In this document: in pieces, positions 24,216 to 37,860 of the stretch
Position numbering within the stretch: the stretch's first letter is position 1
Layout of the letters: each line of letters begins with the position of its first letter
NCBI GenBank assembly: GCA_028534125.1
Contig: CM052816.1
Coordinates: 46,192,001 to 46,256,000 of the forward strand
Source of the DNA: Lama glama
Lineage: Eukaryota
Direction: 5' to 3'
Length of the DNA stretch: 64,000 bases
The notes under the pieces: generated by a model
What the model was told of the DNA's origin: nothing
The model's input: the letters and a program-made list of their open reading frames with translations, nothing else
Database searches by the model: none
Made by a program: the position numbers and the translations under genes

Positions 24216-27200
24216 ATATTCCTCTAGGCCAATCAGATGCTATTTGCCTAGTCAATACTACCCTTTTCTGAGCAAAGTCCTACATCTTGAGAAAGGCAAG
24301 GTTTTCATCCCACCTTCCTTTCAAAGCAGTATATAGGTCCATCAAAATATTTTTCTAAAGAAAAAGAATTCTCCACTTACAGTATAATTGTACAATTCAT
24401 TGTGCTTAGGGATTACATTTGTTAAATTCAGAAGAAGAAGGGCGCTTGGCACTTGTGCATTATTGGAAATTCCCCAAACACAGACAACAAAAGCTCAGTC
24501 AGTTTAATCAAATTATCAGCTTTTCCTCAGTCTGTGTTTAGTCTGTGTTTGTCTAATGTCCGGGTGCATATTTTCTACTTAAGAAAATCAATAAATCTGC
24601 TGCTTTAAAAAAAGGCACATTTCAAATGCAGCACACAGCGTATTGCACTATCTGATCCAGCAATCTGTCTGCCTCTGCCCCACAGAAGGAATGAACAAAA
24701 AATATGCCTTATGAGCTTATGAGATGGTTTAGAAACTCATGTATGAAGGCAAAAAAATCGATACCATTCGTGTGCATACCCTTCACTTTTGACGTGGAAG
24801 GTTGGCATGAAATGTATGCCTAAAACTTCTTTCTGCTGTTTGGAATGGATTTAAGTATTAGGGGCAGAACTAATAGGATCTTAACAATGAAGTCACTAAA
24901 AGAGGTTTCTTAGGTAGAATATCTATTCTTGTAATAGTCTTTTATCAACATAATGGTTACTTCTCTATTTGTCTTGAGGTCTAACAGCATCTCTTCCTTT
25001 CTTAATTTTTCTTGTCTTGTAAATATTTGAGTTGTCAATCTACTGTATGATGCACAGTTTTTCCAACTGTGAGAAATGATCATTTTGCTCCAGGAACATT
25101 TCCTCATGTCCAAGTTGCTCTCAGGTTCTCTGTTGCTGTCAAAAATTTATTTGTAGCAATACTTCATATATAAACCAGCACAAACAAGTTGTTTACCTAA
25201 ATCCTCTAAAGTATTAATAATTTTGATATATAAGTAGTTTATATTTGTTGTATAAAAATCACCTCATTAGTAAAACTAATCAAAGACCAGGTTTTTCTTC
25301 AACTCAAACAGAAAAATTCAAATTTTGATGGTAAGAGATTGGTTCAGTTATGTCCGTGGATTAATTCTGACTTTATTGGAATTATCTCATGTTCTCACTC
25401 AGAAGTGTGGATCTATATTAAATAAGTAGGAAGGTATATAAAGAAGAGAGACATTTTGGGAATAAGATAAATTTTCTCCTTTTGATTGAGACATAGAAAC
25501 TTAACAGAAAATAGATGCTACTTTTCTTAACAACAATCAATAAATGATAGACTGCTCTACATGGGTTATTAAATTAGGGCTTTTTGACCTAAAGATTTGT
25601 TCACCATTAGTCCTTTGAGATGAGCTTGTCATGAGACAAGTCTTTAATCTGATAGCCAACACGGATGGCACAAAATAAGTTGGTTTCAGCAATGACAGTT
25701 CACTGGATTTGGTTGCTAAATAATGTTATTTACTCTTCTCCCTGTCTGTTTTTTTTGGGGGTTTTTTTTGGGGGGGGTGGCATTGAGAAGATAGGGGGAA
25801 ATCGTACAATTCACATTCCAGTCAGTTTATCTAGTATTAATAACTGCTGAAGTAATTCATGACATTTTCATTGATGTATGTGTTTACGCTCATAGGGGGC
25901 AATAAGTGAGCAAGTACTGGGGAAGGAAGAGAAAGACCACTTAGACCTTAATTAGTTCTCGGTAAAGAGAAATTTAGCTAATTCCCTTTTCCCCCCACCA
26001 CTTGATAGCAAACATTGGCTTTGTTTATTATAAAAATGTGAAAGTCACGATCGTTAAATAACTTTCTTATTTCAAATGATTCTGAGGAATATTTTCATTT
26101 TGGGTACCAAACACTCTGGATCTGGTTTGCTGTCCGTTCCCCCCTCTCCCCCCACTGTTGTTTGTGTGAAGAATTTCTAGTCAGGGTTAAAAAAAGGTGT
26201 GGCTTGTGCAGAGAATTCGTTTAGTGGAGCAGGCTAATAGGCTGACCAGTCATTAACTAAAACACAGCTGGGAAGAGGCTATAATCCCCCAATTTCCTTC
26301 ACAAATGCAGTAAATAAATATTCAAATCAAGCAGTGCACACATTTGCATATGTGTTAAACAAAAGCCCAGCTGAAGATTTGGTTTAAAAGCTCAGCTAAT
26401 GTTTCTCCCTTTTCTACCTACAATTCCTCTACCTGAAGAGTTTATATTTTACAAATGTCCCCATACTTCTCCCAAAATAGAAGCCTCTTTTACTTCAAGA
26501 ATTATCTTAGAAATCTCTATTGCTGACCCCCATTAGCCCCCTCAGTGAACCTCATTTTTAACAGGAATAATAGCCTCCTATCAAATTAAGTTTCCCCTTC
26601 TTTCAGTGTTTTAAATTTGAGTATCTTTAATGAGTAATATGCCATTGGCACTCTTTGTGTTCTGCTGCTTCGTGAATAGAACTCTATTTTTTTGGACCCC
26701 AGAGCAAGAAATACTTAGGAAAAAAAAACCTCTTAGGCTTGACCGTAGTACAGCTATGTTGTTAACCTCATGGCTTTAGGAAGCAGATTCAAATCAGCTT
26801 CCTAAATTCTTCCGTCTGTCCTCCGAGATTCAAACAAGTGATGTAACATAGGATGCTGTTCGGTTAATTATACCTCAGAATGAACCTCAATAACGTTACA
26901 AATTCCCCACTCTGCTTCTTTCCCTCTCCTGCTCTTATTCCATGATTGTAATTTCTAGAGTTAGATTCTAGGGCACACCTGACCTTAGGCTCTTATGGGT
27001 TGCTTATCCTGAAGCAGTGTGAGTCCCTCCCAAGGTGAAGAAATATAATTAGAAGAAAAAGAGATCATTCAGTGAGAAGCCTAAGGTGGGACATGAGGGG
27101 TTACTTTCTAGGGGAAAAAAATAGATCACAAAAAAAAAATGTATGTGTGTGTGTATATATATATATATGTGATTCTGAAAAGAAAAAGGAAAAAAATGAA

Positions 27201-30100
27201 AGTTCGGCAAGTTAAAGAAAGGAGCATATGAAAAATTAGCAAGGTAAATTGACTTTCACTTGATTTCAATCCTGCCTGTGAATCCAGCAGATTTGCCCCA
27301 CCCCCAGCGGAGAAAATTAAAATAAGAAGACAGGAGACAAATACTCAGGGAGCTTCTAGGTTAAAGTGAACTTGTGCTTTTTGTTCTAGTTGTAAGAAGT
27401 GGACTATAATTATTACACACATGTATAAAGACATATACAATGAGATTATATATATTTATATGTATTATATAGCCTGTTAAAAATACATAGATATATTTGC
27501 ATACTATATGTAAATAGATTTGCATTCATTTAGAAAATGTTATTGATGCTCAGCAAAGTGAAGTACGTAGATTTGAAATCTGTGAATTTTACAAGGAAAT
27601 GGGTTAGCTATAGAAAAAAATAAATCAGAATTTGGGCCTTTATTAATCTATTTTAAAATAATAGAGGAATTATTTTTGCCAGCCTGTATATACATGCATG
27701 CGAGGAATCTCTTTTAGTGCCTCGTTAGTTACTTGCTATGCAACATCCTGACGTGTTTTAACTCTGCTGTACTTAGGAGCAAATGCAGCTTAAACAGTAA
27801 AGCTTTCGAGAGAACTGCGATAATAAAAGACTTTTTTTCCCTCTCATTCAATCACGTTTACAAAGCATACTCGTAGGGAGAAAGTCACTTTGTATAAACG
27901 ATAATGCTTTGTATTTTTAACAAAACCATGTCAGTGTATTTTGTGTTACCCCTTTTTTTTCAACAAGTAAAATTTCTGCTCCCGAAGAAAATAAAAGCAT
28001 TAATACTAGGAGGCTAGTTCAAACCTATGCTCTAGCTGATATTATCAAAGCACAAAAGGCACTGTTAAGAATCAAGTTGTGTGAATTGTGCTGTATATCT
28101 ATGAGCATTATTTTGTAGAGGCTTCAAAGCTTTCAAAATGCATATAAAACATGGCAAAATAACAATAGGGAACTCTCTGGGTTTTATCTACTTTTTTTTT
28201 TTGGCTTATTTCCTTAATAGGTTGTTAATTTTTGTTTTTTTCTGGTCGAACCACGTTGGACAAAACACTGAGTTACTTTATTTGATCACACAAAGGCTTG
28301 ACCAGATGAAGTGCCCAGAGGAACACCTGTTGAATGTAAACGCAGCTTTTTGTTTATTTGCCTGCTATTTTAGTTGAACTTTTCATGAAAAATGGTATCT
28401 CCCCATTTTATTTTACTGTCCTCAAAGCTTCTCAAAGCTTCTCTGAAAGATTCTAGTGAAGTCCGATAGTACAGGTTCATCCACAGCCACTTTAGTGTAG
28501 CTCCTCCATAAACTGATGCTGGAAACATGCCCCCAAAAGGAATCATAATAATATCATTTCTCATTTGTATAGGACGTAAACTACATTTTTAAGTAACTTT
28601 CAAATGAATTATCTCTTGATTTTCATGTTACTTTCTATTATTGTTATTATTGTATTTGTTGATTTGTTGGGTTAAGCACTAAAAGTTATTTTATAATTTT
28701 TTTGTTGTTGTTACTGTGAAGGCTCTGAGTCACACAAAATTGTTGTGTTCCTAGTCACTTCCTAATCAGCTGCATGGCATAGATTCTGGAATTCATGCAA
28801 GCCATCATAAGCTATGAAGTGACAAAACCTAGCAGAGAGGGAGTGAGCACTTCATTCATCGTGGCAGGGAGATTTTGATCAGCCATTCTGTCTGAGTAAA
28901 CGCAGTGTGTCCAGCAGTCCAGTCTGAGGTCATGGCTGCCCCAGAATTTGAGCGGTTGGGGATATTTTGGGATGCTTTCATTAGAAGGTACAGAGTACAG
29001 TTAAGAAACAGGCTCGGGGCGCCAGCATATGATTATGGCAAGACAGGCTGACCACTGGGAAATTGCTGAGCCAACAGACTAGGGAGTTGGGCTGACCTCC
29101 CCTGGGGCCAAGTCCACAGAGAGCCACCACCCAATACACCTTCTGAGGGGTAATCTGAAGCACTTGGTGTTCCAGATACTCAGCTGAGCAACAGATGTTT
29201 TTGTAAGACGAAAGTATTGTGCATTTTCAAAGGCTCTGTTTATGAATCTTCTTGCCTTTCTATTTTTAAAGGTGTTTGTATCCAAAAAAATATCCCTTAT
29301 ATTTACTTGAGAATGACCCAGAGTCCTTGCTGCCTGTTTCATTGGTAGTAGCGGTTGGTGGGGGGTGTGGGGTGTTAGTTGCAGAAGAGCTCTAACCACA
29401 ATGCAACAGGCACACACTTAGCAGCCTGCCACTTACCAAGAGCCTGTTCAGAGAACCATTATATAAAGCAGGTATTTTTTAGACTTCTTATATTTAATGA
29501 CATTTAATGCTTCTGGAGAAAATCTTTTCAATTTCAATTTGTGGTTAACAGAATATTTCTTTTCTTCTTGTGCTTCTTATAGCACCCAAACTTGATTTTT
29601 TTTCCTCTTGATTTTTAAGCAGCCTGTTTACACAAAGCGTGGAAGAGAGTTAAAATGAGAGAGAATTTAGAGAAGGTGTCATTTGATAACCATGACAACT
29701 CAGAAGGCAATAAGAAGAAATTTGGAATCTAATATTTGTTTTAGAAGCAATAGAAAACCTGGCAGTTGAAGCAACAGTCCTCTGTTACCTGGCATAGTCA
29801 GAGCATGGTTGAAATAGAATAAATCTGAGGAAAATGGGAAAATTTTAATCTGATAACTTGGAAAGAAAAAACATAATAAAATCCACTAATGTCACTTTTT
29901 AATCATCTCACAACATCTCATAAGGTTTTTCTATTTGAAAACACAAAATTATCCACTGATACCATGGCCCTCCATCCTCCACCGTCACTTCCTTCTTCAT
30001 CTCCTCATGAGGTTTTTGACCAGACGATAGTGTGTATATTTTCTTGATATAATAGAAAAAATGAAATAGCATGCAAAGCAAGATAAACTAATAATAGTAG
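23800..30100. promoter_or_regulatory. Transposon-free, CpG-retaining non-coding block (candidate enhancer cluster)
   Basis: No recognisable MIR/L2/L1/LTR over ~6 kb while the flanks are repeat-dense; NF-kB, octamer, X-box/CRE and AP-1/ETS/E-box motifs. Confidence 0.6.
24181..24212. repeat. (GACA)n tetranucleotide repeat
   Basis: Direct read. Confidence 0.95.
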
Positions 30101-33019
30101 ACTCTAAAACAAATGGTGTTAAGGCACTGTGTCAGGGACTTCAATTTAACTCAGTTTGATTTGAAGTAAATGTCTTGAGCATCTATGAATCAAAATTTAT
30201 CTTCCAAGTTGGGATGCTATAAGAAGCAAAAAGTGTACCACATATCAACGAGAACAGACTAAGTTCAGATCAGCAGTGACTGTGATTGTCAGATTTCTGC
30301 TCAAAATACAAAAAATCAACAATAATGAAAATTAAAGTTTCTACAGAAAAAAGAAACTTGTAAAAATTCAGGCCCCACTTACCACTTTATAGTTTGTCTT
30401 CATTTGAGTGTGTGTGTGTGTGTGTGTACATGTGCATACTTTTCCTGGCCAAACATTTGCCTCTTCTCTAATTTATTTCCTCCCTTATTGTTTCTTTCCC
30501 TTTCCTCTTTTAAATATATCTTAAGGTCTTCTTCAGCAATTCCAGGCCATCTGTCCTCACCGTACTAAATAAGCATTCATGGACACATGGCTGCCTCCTC
30601 CAGACTGACAAAGGCTCTTCAGTATAGCTAAGAGAAATGACCCAACAGCAGTGGTAAAGAGGCCTAAAAATATTTAAAGTACAAAAAAAACAGCAAGACC
30701 CACCAACTTTCTCTTCACTTGACTCCCCCTTTTTTCTTAAGTTTATCTTATGTTTTACCATTGGAATCTGCCCTAACAGAATGCATTTGCATAATTGCCT
30801 GCCAAAATGGATATAGCCTTATTTTTAAAGTTAAAGAGTCCTTAGATCAGAAAAAAGAAATTAATAAAAGACAACCAAAACAACTTTTAACTTCCTTTAA
30901 AACCAAGTTTGCATATATTCCCGTGTAGTATAATTGGCAAACATTTAAAAGACAAACAGGTGATTATGTGTAAGAAGCATCCCTGAAATTTCCACTTTTA
31001 TAGTAGACACGAGGGTGTTGGTAGATATTTCTTTTTAGCAGTTTAATAAGAATGCACCCAATGAGCAGATATGCTTCAAATAACTTGCATAAATTGTAAG
31101 GCATAAAAGGACACACAGTTTTAAAAAAAAGTATTCACAGGATTAAAATTTTACATAAAAGCCTTTGACTCTTACTCCTTTTCCGGTTGACCAATCTTTG
31201 ATTTTTTTTTCACATGCTCTATAGAAAACTGACTTGTTTTATTCCCAGTGAATACTATCATTTTATATAAGTTTGTTAGTTTATTAAATCATTTTATCTA
31301 ATGAAAAATATTTTAATTGGATGTAAATTATCACTTTATTTTTTCACAACAGATGCTGTGTGAATTACATGAACTTATATGAATTTCTGAGCTACTCATA
31401 AGTATTCAGAAAACTGCTAAAACCTGTTAACTGAATAGAAGATAAGACATTCCTATCCTCTTTATGGACTAAACCTTGCTTATGTAAAACTCATTAGGCA
31501 TTTTCTTCCTGAAATTTAAGAAATTATGAATAAGCCAGTGTTTCTTCATTCTTACACCTATACTATATATACTTACACCTCTCTAAGTATAGCCCAAAGT
31601 GATGTCTTCAAGAACTTAAGTTACAAAATGCCTGAACACTCCCCATTATATACTTTAAGTTAAAGAAAACACTTTGCTCTGTGTTGCTGTTATCTCTAGA
31701 CAATCATAAATCTTTTCTTGGAGTGCTTATCGCTTAATTCCAGTTATTACTAGTTTGCTGAAAAAAACCTGTTTCTTTAAAAAGTCTACAGTAAAAAATT
31801 CTAGCAAATTATATTTTTATAATGTCTAGAAAGAAAAGAACATTTTTAGATGCTCTGTAAATAATGATGAAACAAACAGAGTAAGTTGTCCATTTGATGC
31901 AACAAAATGAAAGTCAGACAGAGAAGTTATCATCTCATCTATGTGAAACACAGGCCGAGATTTCAGTTTTATAAATCCTCTTTGAAAAATCTTGTACCTG
32001 CTATTAAAACTGGTCTTATAAGGGTTTGTGTGTGTGTGTGTGCATGTGTGTGGAGTGGGTAGAAGCGATGAGGTGGGAAAGAAGGAACTGAATTTGGTGA
32101 TAACTTTCATTAAGCAGTAGGTGTTCATCAGTGTGTGTCTTACAGTGTTCAGTGTTTTTTATAGAATGTTTTCCCCCTTCAAAAAAAAATCTAGTGGGTG
32201 TTCAGTGGGTTCTTTTGTTGTTCAATCTGTTAATTAGAATTTTGCAACAAATCTTAAATGAGGAACAAAGTATGGTAGAAAGGTCTTCCTTTTAAATTTA
32301 GAAAATGTAAGTGCCAAAACCAAAGTCAGAATTATAAACGTGAGTGGAAAAACACCAAAAGATTTTATATGTTTGAAAAGAAAAAGCATAGCACCCTCTG
32401 AGAAATAGAGAGCTGGAGTTAGAGACATGTTGGGGAACTATTTGGGAAGAAAGCAGGACCAAGCAGCAGAACTCTGTTCAGATGGTGGATAAAATGCCCA
32501 TACATTTACGGTTTCATCGTGGCTGACAGGGAGAGAGCAAATTACCGTTCTAACTCAGAATTTTACAAATCCTGGATAAAATGCATAGAGATCAAGGAAC
32601 TGCTTCATCTCTGCTATACCAAACCTTTTTTTTTTTTTTAATGGAAGAAAAGTGATTGGGAAGAAAGACCAGGGAGTAGAAACAACTGGCTCTGAGGGTC
32701 AGTCCAGCCCTCCCTAAGTATGACAGACAAGCTGCAAGCTATGAGTGTAAAGCGTTTCTTATACATTCTTGGGCCCCATTAATGAAAATTTCTTCAGTAA
32801 TTCTTTTCAGTGTATTGTGTCAAATTCTTGGTGAATATCAATGGATAAAAAATTTGACCATACATCTTCTGTATATTTTAAGTTAGTTTCATGCAAGAAA
32901 AATAATTGGCTGAGTATTTACAGACTATCCAGTTGAAAATAAGCACCAAATTAGTGAAGCAGCAATAACATTTTCTGGGAAACAACACAAAATGATAGAA
33001 TAATAGAGACATTAAATCA

Positions 33020-33212
33020 AGAGACCTAAATTATAAATTCTTAATCCACTTCTTACTAGGTGTATGGCCCTTATCAAATCACCTACCTTCTCTGAGCCTC
33101 AGCCTACCCCTCTGTAGTTGGGGAATAATAGTTGCTTCATTGTGGACTGATAATAAATCTAAACATAATAAAGTGCCAAAAACAGGTTGGGGCCCATAGT
33201 GGGTGCTCAGAA
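33020..33212 (+). mobile_element. MIR
   Basis: cttctctgagcctcag..ctgtagttggggaataatag..catagtgggtgctca. Confidence 0.8.
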
Positions 33213-34394
33213 AATGAAAGTCCCCTCCTCTGCCTGTCTCACCCTGGACTATGTAATGGCACACGGTCAGTTTAATTACCAGAAAAATGATTGCTTAAGA
33301 ATTTTCTGGAACAATCAGAAATTTTTAGAATTGAAGTCAACAGTCTTCTTAATAAAGACTATGATCAATGCAGAGTAGATTTTCATATTTTAAATATGTA
33401 TGTGGGTAACTCTGGTAGGGAAGTTTTCTTTAAAAAAATCCCCTGTTGAGAGCCATTACTATCATGAGTTCAAAATTACTATTTCACTAACAAATTCCCC
33501 TTAATTCAAGAAGATACAATCCCAATCTGTGGATACACAGAGAGGACAATATGTATGTGGAAAGTAAGCCTTCAAATAATACTTAGAGTTGTGATACTGT
33601 CATAGTCGAATGAATTTTATAAATACACAGATTTGGGTAAAAGGAGCATTATTATTACTTTACAAAATGATCACTGAACTTTTCTTTCAATATTTGGCAA
33701 CAAATAATGAATTCAGACTATTTTAAATTGAGATATTTATGTTAACCATTGTATTAAATGAATAAATAATCATCAAAAATAAAGCAATGTTGAAATTAAT
33801 ACATATATTTAATCTGAGGAGTTATGAGTTTATTTCTAAACAATTTTTTAATCCTGTGAAACAATGCATGTTTGTTACCTTTGAAATCTGTTACCAACAC
33901 TCTCTATATTGGTACGTATAATGTACATGGAACTGGCAACTAATGAATCTTATGAGAGACCACTATGTTACAGAAAAATTGATATTCTGCAAATTAGAAA
34001 AATAACCTTTTGGAAAAATTATACCATACCATAAAATTTTAAAATTTCCTTTCTGTGGCTTGAGAAAAAAAATTTACTTCTGATTAGAATACCCTTTGTC
34101 TCTATTTAGATTTTTCTGGAAAACTTTACGGCCTTCTGCCAAGTAAATCCATAAGCATGGAGTTTTATTGTAGTAATTCTGGAGAAGGAGTATGAACAAA
34201 TATAATAGTGTTATTTGTCAAAACTTAAAAATTGATAAATGTCCATTTTTAGCTGATTACAGCATCTTTTTTACTTTCAACACGTGAACATGTTTGCAGG
34301 CACACATAGGCACATACGTTCTTTTTTTAAAGCTTTACCTGTGATTTCAGAAACATCACTGAAGGTATTGTCTGAGCTTATCTAAAAAGTAAAC

Positions 34395-34606
34395 ATATAT
34401 TTTTTTCATTATAAGTTATTGCAAAGTATTAAATGTAGTTCCCTGTGCTATACTATAGGACTTTATTGTTTATCTATTTTATATATGGTAGTTTGTATCT
34501 ATCGACTAATCCCAAACTGTAAATCAACTGTAATTCAGTTAAAAGAACAAAAGGAAATGCTAAAAAAAAAAAAAAAAAAAAAAAGAGAGAGAGAGAGAGA
34601 AAGAGA
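34395..34606 (+). mobile_element. Short L1 insertion with an inverted 5' segment, poly-A and (GA)n tail
   Basis: 34395-34517 matches the minus-strand L1 3'UTR seen at 13640-13750; from 34518 it is the plus-strand L1 terminus (tgtaaatcaact..) followed by an A-run. Confidence 0.8.
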
Positions 34607-35349
34607 AACACAGTGTGGTTGCTTTAATGTTACATGTGTTCTATTTTACCTGTAAGACAAAGGATTCAAATATTTTTTGGAGCCTAGAAAAGTCTAGTGG
34701 AATTAACATCAATTAGCAAAGACTCCATAAAGCCAATGTCTAACTTTGTTTTTCACTTATAGCAGAAACAGATTAAATTACTGTGGAAACATAAGCACAC
34801 ATACTTTGCCAGAACCTATTATAAAGTAGTAAGAACTACTTTCTCTTGTCAGACAGACAGGAGAATACCATATAGGTAAAGGAGAGAGAAAGTGGCTGGA
34901 AGGAAAAAGGATAGGGTGTGACGTATGTAAAAGAAAAAGGCTAATACAATGGTAAATAAAAGGAGTTTGGCGAACAGTGAATTTTCTTCATAAAACTTTG
35001 ATTTATAACCAGTTAAAGAAATTGTTTTTGACTAGTTCAGGCAGTAAAACAGTTCATCTGGATTGGCCTAAGTGTGCATTCAAGTTTCTGTCTGGAAAAT
35101 ATAGTTTGACCATAAACTAATGATCTGCACTTGATCTCTACCAAGCACAGAAACAGTCTGTCTCATTCTGGTGAAGAGGTTTGAAGCATTATCTTTATTA
35201 TAACCTCAGATACTGCAGAAAGATAAATAATGCTATTCTTTTTCTCACATCTGTTTTTTTTTTTTCCAGTGGAACCTTAAGTTTACACGGTGTTCCATGT
35301 CAAATACATTTCAATAAAGAATGGTGTTCTTTGAATTTCTACAAATCGC

Positions 35350-35730
35350 ACTGTGAGGGTAACCACGACAGGCTAGCTTATGCTGAGATAACAGCTCCAA
35401 AGTTGCAGTCGACTAGCATAACAAAAGTGTGCTTCTTGCTAGTGTTAACATGTTCATCATGGGACAACTGGGAATGCTGTTCTACATCTTCTCACTCCAG
35501 GCACATGCTTCTACCATCTGGAAAGTTGCTGGTTGCCCTGGCAGGAGAAGGGAACAGCAGCAAATTGAACTTTTCTTTTAAAGGTTCTGTCTTGAAATGT
35601 TAACCTGTCACTTCTCCCATTTCATGAACCAAAACAACTCATAGGAACATGAATGTGTTTCAGGTCAGGAGGGGGAGGAATTGCAATTTTACCATGTGAC
35701 CAAAAGAAGAGATACTAGTGACAAACCAAC
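35350..35730. mobile_element. Old MaLR LTR (MLT1I/J-like)
   Basis: aggctagcttatgctgagataaca..caaaagtgtgcttcttgct..gtcacttctcccatttcat. Confidence 0.6.
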
Positions 35731-37820
35731 CAGTGAGAAGGCTGAGCAATTGATTTTGTCTGTTTTCACTGTTGTTTGTAATTCCTTTCACTGTAATGAT
35801 TATGTGGAAGCCTACATTGATCAATGTGGTCACAATTAATGAGTAATTTTTCATTTGTAGTTTTGTTTCAGACAAAAAAAATAGTTCCTTACTTATAGGG
35901 ATCTATTTCCCTGAAATGTTTTTCCACAAAAGAACAGCCACTAGAAAATTACTGGCCTTATAAAAACATAGCCATCACAATAAGTAACCTAGAGTCAGTA
36001 CACGCAGTATGGCAATGCTCTGGACACCCTTTTTTCAGTTTATTTTATGTGCTCTCCTTCTGTCTTTCTGTGTTGAAAGTCAGGGCTCCTGCTTTATCCA
36101 AAAATGTCCTTGGATTGACATCGCCATTATGGCTTCAGTTGTTACTGCTGTGCTGTTGCCAAGGCAGCCAAAATATAGAACTGGGTTCAAAGTAGTAACA
36201 GGGTGTGTAAGAGGGTAGTCACTTCCACTCTTATGAATACAGCTGCTCTGAATGTGACAAATACCATTATCATCACAGGTCTTGTTACCTCCAACCACAA
36301 GGTGCTATCTGAACAAATGCTCGGTTTTAACTGTCAGATTATTGGATGTGTCACATTTTTCTTTGGATCTTTGGGTTATTGTAACAGCTGTTTGTAAACA
36401 TTGTAAAGCCCACATTAGATCAAGAATGGGTAAGAATATTTTGACCCAAATGTCTGCCCTCTGAACCATGCTACGGAATGCAGTGTGTCTGCTGACACTT
36501 AAAGCAGTAGATTTAAATAGCAACCAGGATCAACTTCTAGCTGAATAAGTCAATAGGCATTTTCAGTTTCTGACTCCATCTGGGTCAGTTTTCTTTCATC
36601 GGCTGGCCAGAGAAAGTCCAAGGGTGTTCAGACCTTAAATGAAAAAAAGAGTAGCAGCTAGGAATTTCCAACAAGATTTTGTCTGGGCAGTATTTTCACT
36701 AAGAGTCTCATATATTATCCTCAATAGTTAAAGTTACCCATGCTTGTTGAATAGCGATCCTTTTCTTTAGAAACAGGGATGCGGGCAGCTTTAGCATTTG
36801 TCATGCTCTGATCTCTTTCATTCTGAAAATACCCCATGCTATTTTATGTAGTGGTAATGAGTTAGATATTTCTAGTGCTTGCCTGGGTAAGCAGTCATGA
36901 GGGCTGTTGTAATAAATAAATAGTAAGAGCACATTGCTCTGATAATAGCAACTTTCATTGAAGGATGTGAATGTGCTTTGCAAACGAGTGATACAGAATC
37001 CTTAGAAAGGCTTTTATTAGCAGAAATGTAATACAACAATTTTTAAATGGAGCAGTAAGGCAGAATGGAGAAAGCATCTCTGACATTGTGTTTCTAGTAT
37101 CAGTAGTAATTTTGAACATCCAGGCTCTGAAGCCAAGCAGTTGAGAAGCAAAGAAAAATTCCCGTACAAAAATTCACTTATAACTCATGTGAGAATATTA
37201 TGAGAAATCTTGACCTTAGGATTTCTAGGTTGAAGACACTGCACATCTGCCAGCAAACTGCATCAGACAGTTACCTTTGGAAGTCTCCAGCTGCTATATC
37301 CAGATGAAATTGTACTTAGGGTTAAAAATAAGATTCTTAAAATAATAGTTATCCTTTATGTCTACTCTTTACAGAATAATGAGATATATTATAGCCATGA
37401 CCCCCAAAAGTTAAAGACGTTTTCTGTCAAACTTGCTTAAATACAAGAAGCTGTCTATATATATATATATATATGCTTATATTACACAACTACATATATT
37501 TATATATAAAAGAGGTTATAACAAGAGAGATATTTCATATATTTATTTCTAAAATAAGAATTTTTTCTTAAAGAAAAATTAATATTCTTACTTTTAAAAA
37601 ATGTGGGTCATAATTTAGTTAGTATTAAATACATAACAACCAGGATAAGGTAGCTTAGGTGCAGCTGGGTGACAAGTCAGACTGAGATTTAAGTTCTCTT
37701 TGGATAATTGAGAATTGACTGAATGTGGGACGTATGACTTCATTTTAAAGGTGCAGGCAAGTCCCTTGAATGTTTTCTTTTCATGTGATATTTAGACAAG
37801 CTGAGGTTTGTTCTAGTCTC

Positions 37821-37821
<1 letters not shown>

Positions 37822-37857
<36 letters not shown>
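37822..37857. repeat. (CA)n microsatellite
   Basis: Direct read. Confidence 0.97.

Positions 37858-37860
<3 letters not shown>

Noticed and set aside
35240..35320. Strong plus-strand acceptor followed by AATAAA
   Set aside because: No partner exon; T-runs ending in CAG are common here. The same applies to acceptors near 36770, 47360, 54026 and 60779.
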